64,000 nucleotides of DNA from Eledone cirrhosa (Eukaryota), in the NCBI GenBank assembly GCA_964016885.1, contig OZ024746.1, forward strand, positions 12,400,001 to 12,464,000. Direction: 5' to 3'. The position numbers and the translations under genes were made by a program. Under the pieces are notes generated by a model that was given only the letters and a program-made list of their open reading frames with translations, was not told the DNA's origin and did not search any database. Position 1 is the first letter of the stretch; each line of letters begins with the position of its first letter. Shown here piece after piece: positions 56,401 through 64,000 of this stretch.

Positions 56401-58870
56401 AATAATAATAATAATAATGTTTTCTTTATTAACCACAAGGGTTCACATAAAGTAGACATTAAGGACAGTACAGGACAATACAGGACGGTACAAATGGGCA
56501 TTTCTGCGTGTAAAAAAACAGAGGTTGAAATAAAATAACAAAGAAAAATTCCCCAATAGGGGGGAGACTTCCAAGGGACATTTGTGGAGAAAGCCCATTA
56601 AAAGACCACAGTGGCCCTGACCACCAGGGCAAGTGCCCTCTCCCAGTTTTCCACCTTTAATTTACAGACACATACTCAGAGAAGGCCCATTCATTCGGGC
56701 CATACTTGCTTCTCTCACCCATCTTTCAACAAAATGCTGGGAAGAGGAGCACTTCCCTCTCTACCCTGATTTTCCTTTTCAAATGAAATTTGAAAAAGTT
56801 AATCAGGGCATCACCGAAGAGGTAAGTGCTCGTCTTCAGCCCTTTCAAACGTGTCCACCATACTATCTCTTTCGTCATGGCCACCAGACAGATAAAAACT
56901 GCCTGCCCTTCCAGGCTAAAGGAAGGGGGCGGGGCAATCCTCACGATGGACTCAGCTGATAGCTGGATCCGTCCTACACGTGACAGCAGGTGTTCGACAT
57001 AAACCCACAAGTCAGCAATGCTCGGACACTGGACGAGTGCGTGCAGGACGGTTTCGTCGCCCTGCGCGCATCTCGGACATGCCCGGCTGACGGCACCTCC
57101 ATGCCTGTAGAGTTTATCCCGAACTGGCAAAGCTCCTCGGTAGCACTGCCAGGCCAGGGATTTCTGGAAGTTGTCCATAGGCCCCGGCCCGAAAGTCCTT
57201 CCGAAGAGATTGGCTAGTTGATTTTCGTCGACGCCTAGAGTTTCTCCAAGTACGTCGTCGCTCTTCCCCTCCACTAATCCCCTATAGAACGCCAAGGTGG
57301 AGTTTCCACCGATCACATTGCCCGATTGGTCGAGGGCTGTGAGCGCCTGAAGACATTCCAGTCTCCAAGCGCTCCCTCTCGGTCTTCGCTTGACCCAGGA
57401 CTGCAGCTCCGTCAAGGAGACGAGCTGGGGAAAAAACGTGTCTTGCAAACGGCGACCACACCTGATCACCGTCGAGGAAGAGGTGGAGATGTCGTAGCCT
57501 GAGCGCGTGTCTGCGCATCATCAGCCACGGCATGCCCAGCCCTCCACGTAGCGGGTGTTGACAGCAGATGGACCGCCTGACCATCGGAGCGCGTCCCTTC
57601 CACAAGAAGCGAAAGAGCAAACGCTCCAGCGCAGTCAGGCGGGGCTTAGGACAAGGTACGACGGTCAGGCGGTAGTAGATGACAGATGCGATGTACGCAT
57701 TCGCCACCTCCGCTCGACCTTTCAGGGATAGCTTCCTCTCGGCCCATTTCTGGGTGAGAGAAGCCACCCTGCTCGTCACCTCGTCCCAGTTTTTGTCCGT
57801 CTGGAGGTCTGGACCGAACCAGACCCCTAGCAATTTAACCGGTCCGTCCGTCCAGCGCCCGACGACGCTGTTGGACGGCATGGACCTGCCTCTCCAGGTG
57901 CCGAGCTGCAGGCCCACTGACTTTTCCTGGTTGATCATTGCTCCTGTCACCGCTTCGTATTCTCTTAGTGTAGTGCCGATCGCCTCGATGTGTTTGGCGT
58001 TCGACACCACTACGGTGACATCGTCGGCATATGCTGACACGGATCTTTCGCATCCTAGTTCGCGCGGGACCCCCTTCAACGTCTCCAGTTTGTGCAGTAA
58101 TGGCTCGAGAGTCAATACGTACAATAGGGACGAGAGGGGACATCCTTGGCGGACCGAGCGCATGATGTTGAACGGTTCCGAAAGGTGACCGTTCACTCTC
58201 ACTACAGAGCAGATGTCGCTGTGCATGGCAGCGATCCAGCCTCTGAAGACGGGCCCAAAGCCAGCCGCCCTCAGGACTGCCGTTAGGTAACGATGGTCGA
58301 CCCTATCGAAGGCTTTCGACTGATCTAAATTGATCAAAGACCCACCCGTGCCAGGTTCCCTAGCTACCCTCTCTACGATGTATCGCATGAGGTGGAGGTT
58401 GTCGTGGATGGATCTGTCGGGAATGGCGCATGTCTGTGCCTCTCCCACCAGACCACCAACGACAAGCGCCAACCTCTTTGCTAGCACCTTGGCCAAAATC
58501 TTGAACTCTGTGTTTAGCAGAGTTATGGGCCTAAAATTATCTATGTTATCCCCCTTGTTCGGATCCTTTCTCAGCAGCGCCACCGCTCCTCGGCTCACAG
58601 AGCTGGGAATTCTCCCGTTCTGTTGCCAGTTGCAGTAGACGTCAGCCAAGAGGCCTCCGAACAAGTTTGGCATTTGTACGTAAAGTTCATAGGGCAGACC
58701 ATCCAAACCAGGCGATTTACCCCTTGTGCAACTAGTCATTGCATCCCGTACTTCAGCGGTTGTTATCGGCTTTTCGCAACACTCCGCCTCAGTGGCCGAA
58801 AGCCGCGGCAGTCCGTCGAGGTAGACACTAAAGTCCATCCCTCGATCCGGCCCGCCACTGCCCCACCTCC
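56401..58870 (-). mobile_element. 5'-truncated Tx1/L1-clade LINE, frameshifted, related to 20502-23545
   Basis: ORFs 57282-58838 (RT: KSPGLDG, LDQSKAFDRVDH, AYADD) and 56726-57469 (CPRC..ETVLHALVQC) are joined by a frameshift at ~57430. The 3' UTR ends in a (TTA)n tail at 56401-56417. Confidence 0.9.
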
Positions 58871-59869
58871 CATTCCCGGCCTGCTAACAGATGCGAAGAT
58901 CTGATAGTCGTCGAAAATGGGGGCTAGTGCGCGTGTGAATGTCCTCGCTTCGTGCTAAGAGAACCATCAATTTCTCGTTGACCCTTCTGACAAGTTTTTA
59001 ACGTTTTGTTGGTGTGGTTTTATTTGTTTCCGTTTCGGTGACTGTGGTGGTGATGGTGTTGTTTCGAGTATGTCTGTGTTTGTTGTAGGTGTGGTGTCTG
59101 CAATTTCAGGTGTCTGTGTGTTTATTTGTTATTGGGGAAGTGTTTGCGTTGATGGTGTCTGTCTTTTTTGTTGTGTATGTTTATTATGTCAGTAGTGGAG
59201 ACAACTACGTGGCCGCTGTCACTATAACAACAAACATCTCCACCTCCCTTTATCGCTATATTTCCCTCTCCCCACCTCTTTCTTTTTATTATCATCAACC
59301 AACTACACCGCTATCAACATCAATGTTATGAATACACACAGGAGGTATGTTTTGTTCTGAGTTATTTCCCTTAGTTTGATACACACGATAGTTAGGTAGA
59401 TATATAATTACTAACAACGGTGTTCCAATCGAAGATGAAATGGATAGGTAAGCGAAAAGTAAGTGGTTCGATCTCTGATCCCATCACTGTGTCGTTAATG
59501 TTGATAGTATCGAGTTTGTGACAAATATATCTAACTCTCAACCGACCAGTTTACATGACAATAAATAGGTACCCTTCTCAAGTGCGTGTGTGTGTTGGTG
59601 TTCTCTCACTTTCACTCACTGTCTTCATCTCTCTCACTCTCCCCATCTCTCATTGGTAGATTGGCAGTATCGGTAGAGAGTCGGACACCATGCTTTGCAG
59701 CAAAGAGTTACGGCTCTTTATGATCTGAGTTCAAATCCCGCCGAGGTTAACTTTGCCTTTCATCCTTACGGGGTCGATAAAATAAAGTACCAGTAATACA
59801 CTGGAATAATTTCTGGCCTTGTGCCCAAAGTAGAAACAATTATTATATGCAAATGGGAGCCCACCCGCT

Positions 59870-60200
59870 GGCTGCCCCACGGTCCCAGCGGACAGAATAG
59901 AGAAGGCGTTTCCCTAGAAGATGGTGAGGGAAACGCGAGAAGAGCCGTTCCAGCTTGCGAAACTCACACCTGCGGGTAGCAAACTCTGTGCCAATGGTAG
60001 TGAGTAGGGAAGTTGTCCTAGAGCCAAAGACACAAGAAGTCTCCACTGCTACGGGCTCGACCGTAAACCCGTCGGAGAGCGACCTATATTTGGAGAATTT
60101 GCGTTACTCGGCCTGAAGTGCAGCAGATCCTGGATTAGCCTCAAACGGCACCAGGTTGCCGATGGAGAAAGTGCCATGCCAAGCACCTTTTGAGAGTTAT
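59870..60200 (-). mobile_element. 3' fragment of a CRE-like restriction-endonuclease non-LTR element
   Basis: PGSAALQAE*RKFSKYRSLSDGFTVEPVAVETSCVFG...LLTTIG resembles the AE..K..KY..L...F.P.AVET.G C-terminal motif. Confidence 0.6.
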
Positions 60201-60523
60201 GTTTCGTGTTGTTGGACTTAATCAGAGAAAGATTGTCGGGATATTGAACTAGCATTTATTCGCTTAGTAGAGTGACATATCCTTTCGAGGTCAATGAAAA
60301 AGAGCAGTAGTCTAGTACTCAGGTCGTTAAAAATGTACCAGCACTGTACTAAGGTCGATCCTTCCTCTACATCTCTTTCTCACTTGCTCTTTATCATTCT
60401 TTCTCTTTCTCCTTCTCTGGAAGAAATCGGTTGTTTTCAGATCTGGAGAGCTCCGTTAGGTTTAAAATGCCCAAGACAGACTGTATCTCACATCTACATC
60501 CATACAACTCCAGCTGGAGTTAC

Positions 60524-61393
<870 letters not shown>

Positions 61394-62109
61394 TTGTTTC
61401 GACACACGATTTCATGTCAAAAACCTCGCAAAACTAATATATATATATATATATATGTAGGAGGTGAGTTTTATTGTAGCACAATATCGGATAAGTAGCA
61501 CTCAACAGTTTATAGGATTGGAGTATAAATAATATAAAATCAAAAGATGGTTAAAAGAGTTCCATGTATTTTATTATGCGCATTTCAAAAACAAATATCA
61601 TCATGGGATGATATTTGCGTTCTCATCAGATAAAATAGGGAGACATGATATGAAGCTTAAAAAAACACTTGCGAGCAGTGAAGTGTCAAATCAACATATG
61701 AAAAATAAAATTAGAGGGATATATGAAAAAAGAAAGGAAGGGGGAAAGAAAAGGTAAGGAAGAGGAAGAAAAAAATATAGAAAAGAAGAAAAAAATATAA
61801 TAATAAGGAAAGGATGACGGAGGAGGTGTATAAGAAGGAAGGAGGAGAGAGGAGGAGAAAATGAGTGAGATAGAGAGAGAGATAACCTTTAATACTGAGA
61901 AACACTATCTCACAGAGAAAAGTTTAAAAAAACCGTTGTAAGATAATACATGATTTTAAAAAATTAAGAAATTAAAAGTTGATGAGGTTTATGAATGGTG
62001 ATGCTTATGATTAAAGAAAAAGGAATTAAGAATACTATTTATTTAAGGTTTATATCCTTTCCTTATTATTATATGTTTTTCTTCTATCTATATTTTTTCT
62101 TCCTCTTCC

Positions 62110-62699
62110 TTACCTTCACGTGTTTTTGAGCGGTGCAAGATGAGCCCCAGGAGCGGAAGGCCCTCAACAACCAGGACTGAGGTCAACGTTGAGCGCGTCA
62201 GGCAGATGGTGCGTAGCGATCGTCGGCTGACTGTTTGACTGATGGCAAATGAGCTGGGCATGGATCGGGACAGCGTCTGGAAGATTCTCACTGAAGATTT
62301 GGACATGCGGAAAGTCTGCGCGAAGATGGTGCCAAAACTGCTGAACGATGACCAGAAGGGTCGACGCATGCAAGTGTGTCAGGACATCCTCGAGCGTCTT
62401 GAAACCGAACCAGACTTGCTAGGGACAGTCATCACCGGTGATGAGTCATGGATCTTCGAGTACGACCCTGAGGGGACCCGTTTTGAAGACGTGGACGACA
62501 TCAAAAAGGCCGTGACGACGGAACTGAGGAGGGTCCCGGAAGAATCCTTCCAGGAGTGCATGCAAGCGTGGCAGAAAAGGATGGAAAAGTGCATTAGACT
62601 CCAGGGGGTTTACTTTGAAGGAGAAAACTCTTAGTGTGAAGTTTGGGTTTGAAATAAATCTTTTGTGACATCAGTCCTGGAACGTTTCTGACACACCTC

Positions 62700-62702
<3 letters not shown>
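62110..62702 (+). mobile_element. Internally deleted mariner transposon
   Basis: PRSGRPST, MRKVCAKMVPKLL and ITGDESWIFEYDPE are fused directly to GTRFEDVDDIKKAVT...[11 protein letters not shown], so the central DD34D region is missing. Right TIR ...ctgacacacctcg|TA. Confidence 0.88.
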
Positions 62703-62791
<89 letters not shown>

Positions 62792-62815
62792 CGTACCAGA
62801 GTATATATATATATA

Positions 62816-63006
62816 TAGGAACGAGTAGGACCCCGACGGCTGCGCTCAAGCCGTTTCGACGGCTAATTCTGGACTGAATTAGCCGTCGAAACGGCTTGAG
62901 CTCAGCCGTCGGGGTCCTACTCGTTCCTATTACCCACTCTACTACCCTAAGTATTGAGTACTTTGGTGCGTTATGGTCCATCTGGTTCCTTACCACATTT
63001 CCTTCG
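62816..63006. repeat. Fold-back palindromic repeat family copy
   Basis: Same sequence as 40581-40773 in the opposite arrangement; hairpin centred at ~62873. Confidence 0.85.
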
Positions 63007-63510
63007 ATGCCCCTGGACATTCCGCACACCACCTCACAGTCTGTGGCCTACTCCAATGCCACGGAACACCCGCCAATCTCCTAAGAGTCGAACAACGGAC
63101 CATCGTCACCCTACAGACCCACACTCCCCCCGTACACCTACACACACACACCACCTTCAGCCCTCCCCGCTCGGACACCCCGTTTCCCTCTCCCCACTCC
63201 ACCCGCCACCACCCCTACACGCCCCACACCCTTCCACCACCTGTTTTACCCCATTTTAATTTTATTTTGATCGTGCCTTTATTTTTAATTTCATTTTCAC
63301 CGTTTCCTCTCACCCCCTTTTTGCTATATGTCTCTCCACCACTCCCCTACACACCCTTTGAACTCTCTTCCCACACACTTTTCACCTGAAGAAGGGCTTA
63401 TGCCCGAAACGTCGTTCCCCACCACCACTCCACTCTCAAGAGCGTGAAATTAATAAACCTTTGTTTGTACTGCCTCTCTGTTTTGTTCCTGTTCAATTTT
63501 TCACTATATA
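63005..63510 (+). mobile_element. Penelope-like element 3' end (GIY-YIG C-terminus plus pLTR)
   Basis: FDAPGHSAHHLTVCGLLQCHG...RVEQRTIVTLQTHTP resembles the Penelope HF..PGH....L.V.GL..C.....R...EQ..I..L.T..P motif. It is followed by a pyrimidine-rich tract, a hammerhead core and AATAAA. Confidence 0.75.
63380..63420 (+). ncRNA. Minimal type I hammerhead ribozyme (Penelope type)
   Basis: CTGAAGA-a-gggc-ttat-gccc-GAAA-cgtcg: catalytic core, 4-bp stem II, and the palindromic ACGT typical of dimeric Penelope hammerheads. Confidence 0.7.
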
Positions 63511-63514
63511 TACA

Positions 63515-63624
<110 letters not shown>

Positions 63625-64000
63625 ATGGTAGCTAAGATGCTTCCATAGGCGGTATGCCGGTTGAGCACTCTATGCTCTTACTGAGCAGAGTATGATAGAA
63701 AATGAAAAATCAGATGCATCACTGATTTTTCGTTTTCTATTCTGGATTACAGAGTCAGGCTAGATCGATACAGATCGAATCTTGAGCTGATCAGTGGCGA
63801 AACGCGCGTCACCAACCAATAAATGTAATGAAGGAGTAACCAATCGTCCTTGTTATCTTTTCACTATATTACACCTTGTCTAGCTCTACACCTCGACACT
63901 GATGTGAACCTAAACATCGAGTGCTCACCCGGGTGAACCTACAGTAACTCCAAGTTATACTCCCTGGATATATACACACACACACATATATATATATATA

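Noticed and set aside
63700-63820. Hammerhead-like ...ctgatcagtggcgaaacgcgcgtc (and related 34740-34860, 6050-6110)
   Set aside because: The CUGANGA core and stem II are not intact. These are probably decayed Penelope-type ends and are not called as ribozymes.

Overview
AT-rich eukaryotic (animal) genomic DNA, saturated with microsatellites and transposon debris. The SINE and microsatellite landscape looks like an octopus/cephalopod genome (inference from recalled SINE sequences, not a search). Mobile elements include Helitrons, two Tx1/L1-type LINEs, RTE, R4/Dong, CRE-like and Penelope fragments, mariner, pogo and Chapaev3 relics, a solo LTR and many SINEs. The ORF track does not show the main host content as genes. 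Reading splice sites by hand gives a cluster of three intact genes with five coding exons each: A 17084-19037 (-), B 28805-30975 (+) and C 42921-47898 (-). They encode 233-234 aa proteins with a signal peptide, intron phases 1-0-0-0, four predicted amphipathic helices separated by long loops, and six conserved cysteines. This architecture matches long-chain class I helical cytokines (IL-6/G-CSF/GH/prolactin type). A and B are a recent head-to-head inverted duplication. C is an old paralog with about 34% identity over exons 3-5 and identical lengths for exons 3 and 4. Secondary points are an RTE segment with dense A-to-G changes that suggests fossilised ADAR hyper-editing, hammerhead ribozyme motifs, fold-back palindromes, and a Helitron insertion with its empty site in the same window.
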